In this document: piece after piece, positions 39,401-51,900 of the stretch | Numbering within the stretch: the stretch's first letter is position 1 | Layout of the letters: every line of letters begins with the position of its first letter | Source: Peribolospora baueri | Taxonomy: Eukaryota | Direction of reading: 5' to 3' | NCBI GenBank assembly: GCA_029717555.1 | Contig: JAMDHS010000007.1 | Location: 124,001 to 188,000, forward strand | Length of the DNA stretch: 64,000 nt | Made by a program: the position numbers and the translations under genes | Notes under the pieces: model-generated | What the model saw: the letters and a program-made list of their open reading frames with translations, nothing else | What the model was told of the DNA's origin: nothing | Databases searched by the model: none

Positions 39401-42150
39401 CACTGGGCAAGCCAAATCAAAAAAGCACTCACTTCTTCCGCGTCCTCTTCATCTTCTTCATCTTCCTCGTCCTCGTCCTCCTCATCTTCATCCTCGTCCT
39501 CCTCATCCTCCTCCGAGTCCTCCAACTCCGCAGAAGCTTCCTCTTCCCTCTGCATTCTCCGTTCTGCGAGCTGCTCCATCATCTCGAGGAACTTCTGGCC
39601 GTCGTTCTTGAGCAGGTCGTCGGCGACTGTGAGGATGCCTCCTGGTCCGAAAAGGGTGGTGGGAGAAGAGGTAGAAAAGAAAAGGGGTTGCGAGAAGATG
39701 GTCGCGGGCGTAAAGAGCGAGTTGGGCAGATAGATCGAGTCAGCGTCTCCGCGCTCAGCTCAGGTGTTACGCTCTTGGCCGCCTGCGCGAAAAAAAAAGG
39801 GCCAGCCACGGGCCCCGGGACATATGAACCGACACATACCTTTGACAGTGAGGGAACCGAAGCTGAAGAAGTCCCCGCCCTGTCCGCCGTTGGCGCCTCC
39901 CGCTCCCGCTCTGCCGCCAATGGCGCCCGGTCCCGCACCGACGCCCGGGCGCTTGCCGCCGGCCGCGACGTCCTCCTCCTCCTCCTCCTCCTCTTCCTCT
40001 TCGTCCTCCTCTTCGTCCTCCTCTTCGTCCTCATAATCCTCATCGTCGTACTCATCCTCGTCCAGTTCCTCGTCTTCGTAGCCGTCGTCCGCGTCGTCGC
40101 GCGTTGGCGGAGCCATCGCAGGCTGCTTGCCCGTCTTCGTGTTCGCGACGGGGTGGTGATGGTGGTGGTGATGATGATGGTGACGTCCGCCTCCACCGTC
40201 CGCGACCTTCCCACCGCCTCCGCCGCCTGAAGTCGGAGCGCCGCCTCTCGCAAGACTTTCGCCGCCGATCACGGCGCCTTGAGGATCGAGCGCCACCGAG
40301 CCCGGGAAAGGGCCAGGGCCGGGTGGAGGAGGTAAGGTGCCACCGGAGGAAGCGTACTGCTGCTGCAGGTTGGCATACTGCTCGAGCTCCTCGTAATAGG
40401 CCTCGTACAGCGCCTCTAGCTCCTCCTCGATAGCGGTTCGCTTGCGTCCGCACACGGCGCAACCACAGCTGTGCTTCTGCTGCTCCTTCATCTTCTTCAG
40501 CACCGCCTCCTTCTCCAACCTCACCAGGCTTCGCCGCTCCTCCTCGGACAGGGAAAGCCAAAACTCCTTGATCCGCTCACGTTCCTCCGAGCTGTTCGTC
40601 GACCAGATCCGACTGCCCTGCTGCTGTCCTTGTCCTCCACCGTGTGTCGCTCCTGAAGATGACTGAGACTGCGTCGCGCTGGGAGCGCGCCGTCCAGCGC
40701 CCACCGTCCCGTGGTGAGCATGTGAGTGACCGTTGGCCGCAGCGGCCTGATGCGCCGGCTGCTTGCCTGATGCGGAGCTGAATGTCATGGGCTGCTTGCC
40801 CGCGGCTCGCGAACTCGGCGGAGGCTGTTGTGCAACCTGTGGCGACGGAGGAGCCGGAGGTGGTGGAGGGGGAACGGGAGACGGATTGACGGACCTTGGC
40901 ACAGCTTGTGGCGGCAACGGCGCTGGGGCGGAAGTAGGGAATGGAGCTGGAGTGGCGCTGACACCTCCCACAACCGTGGTGCCGCCGCCGCCCTTCTTCT
41001 TTTTCTTCTTCTTGTTCTTCTTCCCACCTGTCCCTTGCGCACCGGTTTGTTTCGGTACGCCGTTGAGGACATGTCCCGCTTGCGGCGCGTAGCCCTGCTG
41101 AGCGCCAGGGTGCAAGGCCCCATCGTACTGACCAGTATATTCTGTGAACCGATGACCATCCGGGCCATCGACAGGGTCCAACTCGTCCTCGCTGTAGTAG
41201 TCATCCTCGAATCCGTCGTCAGCCTCCCCAAACTCGTTGACGAGCACCACCGGCGCCGGCAGTGGCTCGCCGGGTGGTTGCGTCGGCGGAGGATTCGTCG
41301 CAGGATATGCGTATTGGGCGTGATACTGAGCGTTCCCAGAGGCGCCATGCTGAGCAGCCGGCAGGTTGGTGGTTGAGTTGGGGTGAGGATGAAGAGGGAG
41401 CGGTTGATCGGGATGCATGGCGAGATCGGCGAAGATAGACGGGTCGAAGGGAATGGAAGGGTAGGGGTGAGTCCCCTGGGGGTACTGCTGCAAATGCCTC
41501 TGGCTGGCCTGGGCGGCCTGAGCGAGCTGTTGGGCGACGGCGATCATAGCCTGGTTGGAGGCGTTGCGGGCGTTGGGATCATTGAGGCCCTGCTGTGTGG
41601 AAGGGAACTGGCCGAGGGGAAGCGCATTGCGGATGAACGTCCGGAGGTGTGCAGGTAGAGAGGTCCAATAGGCGTCGTCGTCCGGGATGCCTTGAGGATC
41701 TGCCTCGATGCGCCTGTAGAGATCGCTCGCCGTCGCCAACAGATCCGCCTGGGCTTGTGCCGTGGCTGCGTAAGGCATCGAACCCGGTGGTGGCCCCCCT
41801 GGCTGCGCCGGCAAATGAACAGGTGGGGCCGGAGAGGTAGGCTGACCGGGTACTGCCCAACCGCCAACAGCGTCGAGAGGGGTTGTAGGAGAGCCTACGG
41901 CGGGGGCGCCGCCGTCATCTGCACTCTTATTCTTGTTCTTCTTCTTTTTCTTCTTTTTCGAAGACGAGGTGGTGCCCGAGCCGTTGTCTAGCATTGGTGG
42001 CGGAGGCGTGGATTGCGTCGGCGCCGTTGCTACCGCTGAGGGCTGTTGAGCTTTGGCAGCTGCCGCCGCTGCAGCGGCTGCCTGCTGGGCAGCTTGGATC
42101 TGCTGGAGCGTGGCGGGAGGCCTTGGAGTGCCGCTCTTGGTACGAGCCAT
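36410..42150 (-). CDS. NST1: Stress response protein Nst1 (salt-tolerance down-regulator), 4 exons
   Basis: [130 protein letters not shown]; then an E/K/R coiled coil and a low-complexity tail. The start position (42150) is uncertain. Confidence 0.92.
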
Positions 42151-43669
42151 GTTGGCAGGCCAGCTCACGATCCCTCACGGCGGGAGGAGAGATTGTGGGT
42201 CAATCCGGAGCACCACTCCAAGCAGCCTCAATCAGGCAGTCCGCTGGGAGGGGAGAAGGTAGGGGACCGGTAAAATCGGAGGTAGGTTAAGAAGGCCGAG
42301 TCGAGTCGTGCGACTGGCTTGACCGGCGCGGCGAGCGCGGCGAGGCGGGGATATGAACGAGCGGGTCGGGATCCGGGGCTAGGGAGATGGGCCGGAGGGG
42401 TAGGGAGGGATGAGAGTGTGGCGGATGCAGCGGAGGCCGCGTACGAGAAAAGTCAAGCTGGACGACAGAGGCAATGGCGAGTGGTCCAAGGATGAGCGGT
42501 GGTGGTGCTGGACGTCAAGGTCAACACGACGTCGTTCTCGTCCGCGTCTCTCTCCGGCATCACTAGTCGCCCTCGACCCAGCGAAAAGAGCGTGGGAAGC
42601 TCGCCTGCTGCGGCCGTGTGCACCCTTCAGGTGCATGGCCAATGACGAACCGCATGCCGCAGCAGCCGGCCCGACCACGATTGCGGATCTTGCTCCTCCG
42701 TCGTCGTTTCTTTGCTCCTTCTCGCTCATGACCTCCGCGGATCCTTGGCAGATACTGCCGGCCATTCACCCAGCTCCTCATCGCGGCCTGAAATGGCCTT
42801 GGCCTGCTCGGATGGTCAGGGCTCTTGCTGAAGCCAAGCTGAAGCCAACGGCGGCGGTCAGACGTGCGACCCAAGCGGCACGAAGAAGTGAGACGGGGTA
42901 GGAACACCAAAAGCTCTGGACGGATACGGCGCCGTGGGTCACTGAGGCCGATGGATATTGAACTTTTGCTTCCTGTTCTTCAGCGTCGAATTCATGAAGA
43001 GAGAAGCCGTGCCTTCCCGTCCTTCTACCCGTTCACCTCGGGAAAGCTTACCAATGTCTCGTGTCCCGACCTGCCAAGCACCGTGACTAGCCTTCGGGAG
43101 GCGTTTCGCTTCCTGGGCAGTTCGGCGTGACACAAGCGATGGGACAGTGAAGCTTTGTGCATCCCAGCTCCCGCACACATAAGGATCGCAGGGAACAACA
43201 AAACGAGCGGTTTGAGGAACAGTCCACAGAAAGACAAAGAAAGGGCTGGTCCATCCGTCTTTGCCCGAGCAGTATGAGTGGCTCGAATCGCGCCAGGACT
43301 GATACATGAAAGGAGCCGTGACGGGAGAGCTGGCGGTCATTCGGAAATGGTTTGAGAAACGTGCTGGTTTTCGCTTCGCATTCTATGACCACGATGGAGA
43401 GGAGCGAGCAGTGTTTGCCGAAGCGTCATATGCGGGCGGGCTGGTGATGTTATGCAGTGGTCATGTCGGCGATAGGCGGCCTTGCGGCTGCTGGTCATGG
43501 AGTGCCGAGGCCATAGGGAGTGTCAGCGTCTCCCTTTCGCCCCCCGCCCCCCTCGCCTTCCGTCCATCTCTTTCCCTCTCTTCGTCTTCTTTCCATCTCC
43601 GTTTGGCTTGCCGTTTCTCTTCTTCTCTACCGCACCTTTGGACGGAGTGAGGCGGCTGGATTTTCGGTT

Positions 43670-45762
43670 ATGCCACAGACCGCGGTGAGCATTTCGGAAC
43701 GGATCGAACAAGATGTCGAGCAGCATCTTTCACCCAACGCCAGCTCTTCCTCGCTCCCCTTGCTCAACCGCCCTTCTCTATCCTCTCCTCTCCACCAATC
43801 GACCCCTCAGATACGACGCAAGCTGGTGATTGTGGGAGATGGAGCGTGCGGCAAGACGTCGCTGCTGTGCGTGTTCGCCATGGGCGAGTTTCCCAAGGAG
43901 TATGTGAGTTCTTCTCCTGCTTCAATCCTGTCTTGTCCCGGGCGTCCTCGTATCAGGGACATGACCGTGTGAGCATGACACTCGCTCGGTCCGGGCTGGC
44001 GGGACGTGCTCCTCGCTCGTCCCGTCATGCCTCATCAAAGGGCCCAGCTATCTCAAGTTCGAGCGAGGGAGCCGCTGCAAAGAGAGCCGACTCGGTCAGT
44101 GGCGGGCGAGGTGGCCGTCACTGACGCAGATGGTGTTGGCACTCGTTCAGGCAAGCATGGAGGCGGCTGCTTGTGGGGCGCCTTCTGCTGGGGACGGTCT
44201 GCGTTGATATCGATGTGTCCGGCACCACCGAGTGTCGAACCAAGCTGTGCTGCGCTTGCGCGCACCTGCGTCCGCTGCTGCCTGCCTGATCGAAAAGCCG
44301 GACCAACTGACCGGCCGTGCCCTTTGGGTCTGCCTCCGCGCTCGGCTCGCCTGCACTTGCTCCCTTCGATTGCTTTTTCTACGTGCACGTGTTGCCTCAG
44401 GAGCCAAGTGAGTTTTCATTTGTCTTCGTACAAACCCAATGTTGCCCTGGCTCGTAACCATGTGCATTAATGACCGTTTGTGACGCATTTATCCTCTTCC
44501 ATCCCTCTCCCCATCCTCCCTGCGCGCAGCCATCTTTGAGAACTACGTCGCGGAAATCCGTCTAGATGGAAAGCCTGTCCAGCTGGCGCTATGGGACACG
44601 GCGTGAGTATGGCCTCCCTCCACCGAACGGACAAGCACGTGATCAGCTTGGGGATAGAAGCGAGCTCATCCACCTCGGTTCACTTCATCTCTTGGCTTGC
44701 ACCTATCCCCTGCATCTGTGCTGTCTGGCAGAGGCCAAGAAGAATACGAGGTGGGCAGACGTATCTAGCACGAAGCACCCATAGCTCCGACGTCTCGATC
44801 GAGCCCCATTCATTGTGTCCTCTTTTCCGCCCTCCCCCGCCGCACACCCAGCGCCTCCGTCCGCTCTCCTACTCTAAATCGCACGTCATACTCATAGCCT
44901 TCGCCATTGACACGCCAGACTCGCTCGAGAACGTGACCGTGAAGGTGAGTCGCGGACGTTATCGACTTTGGCTGCCCGCTTGTTAAGGATGAGGAGAGCC
45001 TAGCCTGCCTTTCGAGGGCCGAGTCGAGCTCACGTCCATCTCTGTTCATCTTCCTTCCGTCCACCCTTCCTCGCCGGCCTTGCTCTTCTCTCCAAATCAT
45101 GCTGACACAGTGGATCGAAGAAGTCCGATCGATCTGCGGCCCACAAGTGCCCGTCATCCTCGTTGGGTGTAAGAAGGACTTGCGAGATGACCCGACGAGC
45201 AGAGCTGAGGTCGAGGCCAAGGGAGGGAGCTGTGTCTTGACGGAGAGGGTGAGTGGGCCGTGTTGGGACTTTTCTTCTCGTTCGTCTCGGTTTGATATGG
45301 GCCGGAGTCTCCGAAGCTGACGTCGCTCTGCTCGCCCAACGCGTCAATTTCTCCCTTCTACCGATCGCTGGACCCGCGTCGTCAGGGTGCGGATGTAGCG
45401 CAACAGATCGGCGCGAAACATTACCTGGAGTGCTCGGCGTTGAATAACGAGGGTGTGGACGTGAGTCGCCGCCCCTTCCTCTTCGTCTATCGTCTCGCGC
45501 TGACTCGGCATGCATGTGTTCCGCTTGCCCGCCGTCGTTTGGGTTTGGCCCGCCGCTCGAATAGGACGTCTTCGAAGCAGCGACTCGCGCGGCAATGCTC
45601 GTCCGAACGCCCGGCGGCGGCAATATGAGCCGAACGTCAGGCGAGAAAGTGCCGTCGGGACGAAGGTCGAGCGGAGGCTTGGGAGGCGGAGGCGGAGGCG
45701 GAGGCTCGGTGGCGAAGAGGAGAGAGGACGACGCAGGCGGCTGTCGGTGTATCGTTCTTTGA
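43670..45762 (+). CDS. RHO2: Rho2 small GTPase, 9 exons including 7-nt and 19-nt microexons
   Basis: [38 protein letters not shown](T)|[47 protein letters not shown]...VGCKKDLR...YLECSAL...|[12 protein letters not shown]...GGCRCIVL* (CaaX). GQEEYERLRPLSY is Rho2-type. Confidence 0.92.
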
Positions 45763-46864
45763 GCGCGGGATGGGGAAGACCGGCTGATGCATGGGGCCGT
45801 GCTTATCTTGACTCATCCGCGGCACCACCCCACTGCCTTTCAGATCGGTCCGTTCGCTTGCTCGGCGGACGGATCGGCGCGACGGTCGACCACCAGCACA
45901 TGGAAACCTGGCTGCTGGACGACGAGCGGCTGTCCGTCGGCGAGGCGTGCCGTGCTCGCTTGCTAGACCTCCACGCCGTCCTTCATCTTTGCCTTCACCC
46001 AGCACGACTGGGCCTCCTTGCGGCGCGCTCGCCCATCCCCCTCCTCCGTTCTAGCCTGGCCTCTCCTTGAGGCCCGACACGACGACATTCAAGTAAGGCA
46101 TCGCGGCCTCTCGGCCTGTACATAAACGCTCATTTGGGACTGCGAGCCGCCGACTCGGCTAGCCAGGCCAGCCGACGTCGATGTCTCTTTCTCTCTCTCG
46201 CGTTTCGCTTTCGCTCTCGTCAGCCCAGCCCGGAAACCGGCGTGCCCCCTGGCTACATTCCCCATTTCTTCTCCGTTCTCCACTTGGCCCCCGGTCTCGC
46301 TTCTCCTCGACCCTGCCAAGGACGCTTACTCCGTGTACGACTCGACTCTCGGACTTGTTCCTTTCTTCTTTCCTCTATGCCCATTGCGTCCTGTCGACTC
46401 TCTCATCCGATCGTCTCATCTCATTCCATCTCATCTCGTCCAGTCCCGCATCCTCGCCTCGCGCCTCTCACATCCGTCTCCCTTCACGTCTCGTTCACGT
46501 TCACGGACACTGCCCACCGTTCGTTCGTCTTTCTTCCTTTCTCCGCTCCCGCTACCACTCCCGCGTCCGTCCGTCCGTCCGCCGTCCGCCGCCCGTCCGT
46601 CTACGTCTTCGCCTTCGCCACTCACCCGCCCCTCCTCTCCTCCTCCCTGTTTTTACTCTTTCTTCGTCGCTTTTGCTCTTCCCCGCCTTGGAGATGGACC
46701 GAATCGGACCGGATGAATCGGATCGAATTGGATGGCAGCTCGTCGAGGGAGAAGACGGACAGATTTTCTTCCTCCATCATTTCTTCTTTTGTTCTTTTTG
46801 GGTCTCCCCTTCTTTTCTTCCTGCAATCTCATTCTCATCTCATCTCGCGCGTTTCTTGCGATCG

Positions 46865-46913
46865 GATCAAATGAGATCAAATGAGATCAAATGAGGTGAG
46901 ATGAGATGAGATC
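46865..46913. repeat. (GATCAAATGA)x3 followed by (GATGA)n short tandem repeat
   Basis: gatcaaatgagatcaaatgagatcaaatgaggtgagatgagatgagatc is directly visible between the convergent RHO2 and DAP-like genes. Confidence 0.85.
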
Positions 46914-47130
46914 AGAACATGTGCCACGCCCCACGTCTCCAAAGGCGAGACGAGAGGAGACGAGACACAAGAGTGGCAAATTGAATGAAGCGTTCATGGT
47001 CGGCGTTTCACGTACGACGAAAGAGACATACATCCATCCTACATCCTACATCCATCAAATCATACATATAAAAAAAAACATCATACATGCTTGTGTTTGT
47101 CAGTTCATATATGGCCAAAGGCAGACAGGC

Positions 47131-47700
47131 TCAGAGAATCTTTCCGCCCGGCTGGGCAATTCTCGCGTCCCGGCGCGAGGCGTTGGCGTGCTGACCAGCG
47201 CTCATCCGGCGGTGGGGCGTGCGCTTATCGGCCATCGCCCTCTCCCTCCTCGCCATATCATTGCGGTTCAACCCGCCGTTGTTGTTGTTGTTGTTGTTGT
47301 TCTGCTGCTGCTCCTCCTTCTTCTCCTTCTTCTGCTCCCGCTTGCTCTTCTCTTCCTTCTTGCCTTCCTCCGTGTTCGACGAAGGGCGGGGGTAGTCCGT
47401 GTGCTGATCGTTGTCGGTGGGCGGGGAGGGTGCTTCGGCGCTGGAAAAGCGAGATGAGTGAGCGCGTGTGTCTTGCTGTCTTGCAGGGCCAGCTGGACAC
47501 TCACCGGGTCTTGGGAGGAGAGTTCTTGGGCGGGTGAGCGTGAGCGTTGGAGAGGCGACGGCCGCCGACCTTGACTGCGGGTTAGAGGAGAGGATGGGGG
47601 ATGAGAACGGGGCGGGCAGGGATGAAGAGGGGAACAAAGAGAACGAGGGCGGGGAAGCGGCTTACGCACTGGCCTGAGGGTGTCCAGCGACGGCTGCCAT
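47131..47700 (-). CDS. Death-associated protein 1 (DAP1/Dapl1)-like small disordered protein, 136 aa, 3 exons
   Basis: Exons 47700-47670, 47574-47505 and 47440-47131 (411 nt) with canonical GT-AG introns give MAAVAGHPQAIKVGGRRLSN...EAPSPPT...TDYPRP...RRDARIAQPGGKIL*. Both termini resemble animal DAP1 (AGHPPAVKAGGMR ... HIQQPRK, recalled from memory). Confidence 0.78.
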
Positions 47701-48194
47701 GGCGTGGAGTAAAGAGAGGAGGCGAGGTGGGTGGTGGGATGGGGAGACGGCGAGCGACTAGGAAGCGAGAGAGGTGGTGGTGGTGGTGAGGAGAAAGGAA
47801 GCGGGCGGCCGAGGGGGCGTGGCTTGTCTATGTCTGGGCCAGTGCGCTGCGGGTGGTCGTGTGAGCTTGGGAGGGCGCAGCGAGAGGAGAGAGAAGAAAG
47901 GGACGATGGGGCGAGCGTCGACTCGACTCGACTCACACGACTCGAACACGCCCAGCCCGTCGTCGTCATGTCATATCGAGCCCCGCCCGGCCTGACGTCA
48001 CACCGCTCCGTCCCTCCTTCCTCCCACCTCCCATCTCGTATTGACCTCGTAGCCCTTTCTTGTCGTTCGTTGCCTCGCCTCGCCTCGCCTGTCTCCATCT
48101 CTTTTCTCGTCGCCCATCGCCCGCCCTTTCCACGACCCTTCTCGCCTCACCGCCCCACGCATCCCCACACGACACGACGTTCGCAGTGTGGGGA

Positions 48195-48257
48195 TCACGT
48201 GACTGCTACTCGGCCCGATCACCTGCGTCCGGTCGATGCGATTGACGTGCACGTGAC
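48195..48257. promoter_or_regulatory. Two CACGTG E-boxes in the divergent DAP-like/RhoGEF intergenic region
   Basis: TCACGTGA at 48195-48202 and CACGTGAC at 48250-48257. The bHLH factor is unknown. Confidence 0.3.
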
Positions 48258-48947
48258 CTGTCGCGTAACCCTACGCGCATGCCCGGCGCCGCGGCGGCTG
48301 CTCAGGGGCTCGTCGCGTGGCGCGCGATCGGCGGGTGCAACTGCGAGTGTGGCTGCTAGTCGAGTACGACTCCGGCCGAGGAAAGCAGACCTCGATGCGA
48401 TTTGATTTCTTTTGCCACGACGCTCGATAGACGGAGACGCTCCTTCGACCAACTCCACTCCACCACACCACCCCCAACGAACGCCGCCCTCACCTCGCCT
48501 TGCCTCGCATCGCCTCGTCTCCATCGGCGACTCGACCCCCTCGCCTCCTCTTCCTTCGCCCACCATCGCCATCTCCGAGCCACCATCAAAACAAACACCC
48601 GTCCCCTTCGATCGACGGCGACGCAGGCAGGCAGTCACGCACGCTGCGTCCCCCCGGTCGTACAAGGTGTTGCCTCGAGTCCCTGGGCGAGGTGGAGTTA
48701 GTGGGTGAGTGGGTGAGTGAGCGAGCGAGCGGAGGTGGTAGTTACCGGTGGACGTGACGTCCATCCGGTGCGAGCGTGGGGAGGAGGAAGGAGACAGACG
48801 GCCGTCCCTCGCCGCCTTCCACTCGGCCCCATCTCAACCTCTTTCCTTTCTCTTCCTCCCTCGCCCGCTCTCTCAGGCCCTGGCCCAAACGTCTTCCTCC
48901 GCCGTCAGCCATCGTCCTAGACCTCCTCATGGGACTGGCGTGCCAAG

Positions 48948-51900
48948 ATGACGTCCACCGAAGACGACCAACTCTCCCTCCCCCCTCGTCCCTCCAGCAC
49001 CTCCTCCACCTCTAGACCCTCAAGCATGGCCAGCGTCGCCTCGTCCGATGGCAAGGGCCACCAAGACCCCTCCCATCATCCTCCCCCTCGACCTTATCCC
49101 TCCAAACGCCTCTCCGTCGGAGCGGCCAACAAGGTCATCTCCCCTAGTCTCTTGAGCCCCGGCCTGGCCAGCAGCCTCAGCGGCGCTGGCCTCCTCCATC
49201 TCCACCCTCCCCCGCCCTTTCCTTCTGGCTCCGGTTCCGGCGCCCGGTCACGCTCCAGCTCCGTCTCCGACGCTTCCTCGCCCCCGTCTTCGCGCCCCAG
49301 CTCCACTTGCATGCCCCCGCCTGCTTTTTTTCCCTCTTCTTCCTCCTCTGCCTCCCTCCACGCTCTGGGATCTGCCTTGGACGCCAGCTCGGCCGCCGCG
49401 TCCGCCCAGGCCTACGCACAAGCCCGACATGCCAACCCGCGCTCTTCGCTTGCTTCCTTCCGCCAAGCTTCCTTACCCAGCATGCTTCCCTCCGCTCTGG
49501 CCGCTGGGAAGAGGATGAGCATGATGAGCGTCGCCAGCTTTGAGAGCTTGCCCGAGGAGCGCGCTGATCAGACTACCGCGGCGGTGACGACGACGGAGAC
49601 AGTGGAGGAGGGAGGAGCCCGCGCCGTCCATCCGCCGCACCATCCCCAAGCCTCTCGCCGTCGCCCCTTATCCCTCCAGCGTCTGCCCGCCCTGTCCACT
49701 GGCGCCGCCGCCGCAACGCCCTCCTCCACCGCATCTTCTCCCGCCTCCTTCTCTCGACCCTGCTCTCCTCCCCCCATCGCCTCTCCCGACTTCACCGCCT
49801 CCCATCAAGACGTCTTCGCCGCCCCTCGCCCCGTCTCCTCTGCTACACCCTTTCCTCCCGCCCGGACCACCAAACCGCGCAGCAGGGCCGGGACCGGTTC
49901 AAGAGACCCGATGGCTGCAGAGGCGAGGCGAAGAGAAAGGGAGAGGGAGAAGGCCCGGCTGGCGCTCGATCCGGAGGAGAGAAGGAGGTGGGAGAAGAGG
50001 TTGGAGAAGAGGAGAAGGATTGCTTTGGAGCTTTTGGAGACGGAGAGGCAGTATGTTGGGAGCTTGAACTTGATCCACGATGTGAGCGTGTCGTCGTCAT
50101 GCACATCCACCCCACCATGGCCTTTGGCGGAACGAACGCTGACAGAAGACACCTCGTCTCTCTCCTCTCCGTTCCCCCCAGGCCTACCTCTCCCCGCTCC
50201 TAGCAGCTCTCCCCACGTCCACCTCCATTGCACCGCCGTTCCCCTCCTCGGCTCCTTCTCCTTCCCTCCTGCCCTCGCCTTACCTTTTTGGGGGAGACGT
50301 CGCCTCCGCATCGTCTTCTTCTCTCGTGTCTAAAGAGAAGGAGGGCGGGGAGAAGGAAAAGGACAAGGAGAACACGACTTCCGCCTCTTTTCACCACCTC
50401 TCCTCCGCTCACCACAACCTCCTCCAACAGCGGCCGCCACCAGCAGCACCGCCGATGGACCGAAAAGCAATCGCAGACATCTTCAGCAACTTTGTCGACA
50501 TTTACAATTTGAATTCGGAGCTCCTTGCTCGGCTCGATGAGCGGCTTGGAGATGATTTGGATAAGGAGGAGTGGGAGAGGGAGAGAGGGATTCAGATGGA
50601 GGTGAGGGGGGAGAGGGGGATGGGGATGGAGGTGGAGGTGGAGGTGGAGATGGAGAAGGGGAGAGAAGACGGTACGCCGACGGTCGGTGGCCGCGAGCCC
50701 GCCTCCGCGCGCTCCCTTCGACCGCTCTCCGCCCCACCCTCCGCGCCTTCCTCCGCACCATCTCCTCCTCCCGGGACGCCGCGCTGGGACCCGCACACAT
50801 CGCTCCTAGGCGACATCCTCCTCCCCCTCTCCCCTTTCCTCAAGATGTACTCTCTCTTCGTCAAAAACTTCTCCTCCGCCCTCTCCCGCGTCGAGACAGA
50901 GCGCAAGCTCAACGAGCCCTTCGAGAGGTGGCTCGCCGCTACGGAAAAGGCGTTGAGGGACGAGGCGGTGAGGGCTCTGGCCGCCGGCGGTGGGGGCGGC
51001 GGCGGCGGCGGCGGCAACCGGGTGGCGAGCCATCGCAAGTTGGGTTTGTTGGGCTTTCAGGCTCATCTCTTAACCGTCGTCCAACGGATCCCGAGGTATC
51101 GCCTTCTCGTCGGTGTGAGTGGCAGCGCCGTCGCACCGAATCGGCTAGATAACCCCAAGGTGATGTCGTCCACTGACTTTTCTCCGCCTTTTCCCTGTTT
51201 CGCCACCGCGTCATTACAGGATCTGCTCCAGTGCACAGACGAAGATCACCCTGACTATGCCAACCTGTCCAAGGCCTACAAGATCATCGATCAAGGTGCG
51301 CTAGCCTTTCCTCCTCCTCTTCCTGCCCGAAAGCACGCCGCCATGATCGCAAGGAATGGGCTTTTGCTGACCGTTCTCCCTTCACGTCTCTCCCCAGTCG
51401 CTTACTTCATCGACGACAACGTCCGCCAGCACGAGATGATCCTCTCCATGCTCACCCTCCAGCGCTCCCTCGTAAACCTCACCGAACCTCTTGTCGTGCC
51501 AGGACGCAAGCTGGTCAAGCGCGGTTCGCTCCAAAAGGCGTGCCGCAAGGACGTCCAGCCCAGAGAGTTTGTCCTCTTCTCAGACTCGCTCCTCTACGCC
51601 ACCGTTATGCAGAGCGGCCTTGGCGTCAGCGTTGGCACCGTCGCCGGCGGTCTTGACGCCGCCGCCCAGGCCGCCTTGCAAGCGCTCGGCATGGCCGGTG
51701 TGGCGACGGGCGCGGCGGGTCAGCCCGCCCCGGGCGCTCGACAACATGCGCTTGCCGTCACCGTCGCCGTCAACCGGACCCCTGCTTCGTCCGCCGCCTC
51801 CGTCTCCGTCTCCGTCTCCGCCTCCGCCTCCGCCCCCTGCTCGCCTAACAAGCATGGTTCCCGACGCGACAGTGCCCCCGCCGCCCCCTTCCCGGCTCGC

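Noticed and set aside
38099..40230. Long plus-strand Leu/Ser-rich ORFs (240, 224 and 399 aa)
   Set aside because: Antisense readings of the Glu/Lys/Asp repeats of NST1.
42379..43650. Several 70-160-aa ORFs between NST1 and RHO2
   Set aside because: No recognisable motifs or coherent exon chain; treated as divergent promoter and UTR sequence.
43904..44400. Possible snoRNA in the long RHO2 intron 2
   Set aside because: No paired C/D boxes with a terminal stem and no clear H/ACA layout found by eye.
46134..46894. 246-aa and 237-aa plus-strand ORFs
   Set aside because: Pyrimidine-rich low-complexity sequence with non-ATG starts between convergent genes; most likely 3' UTR.
46865..46913. Short direct repeats as CRISPR, telomere or transposon end
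   Set aside because: No spacers, not TTAGGG-like, and no terminal inverted repeats or transposase nearby; a simple tandem repeat.
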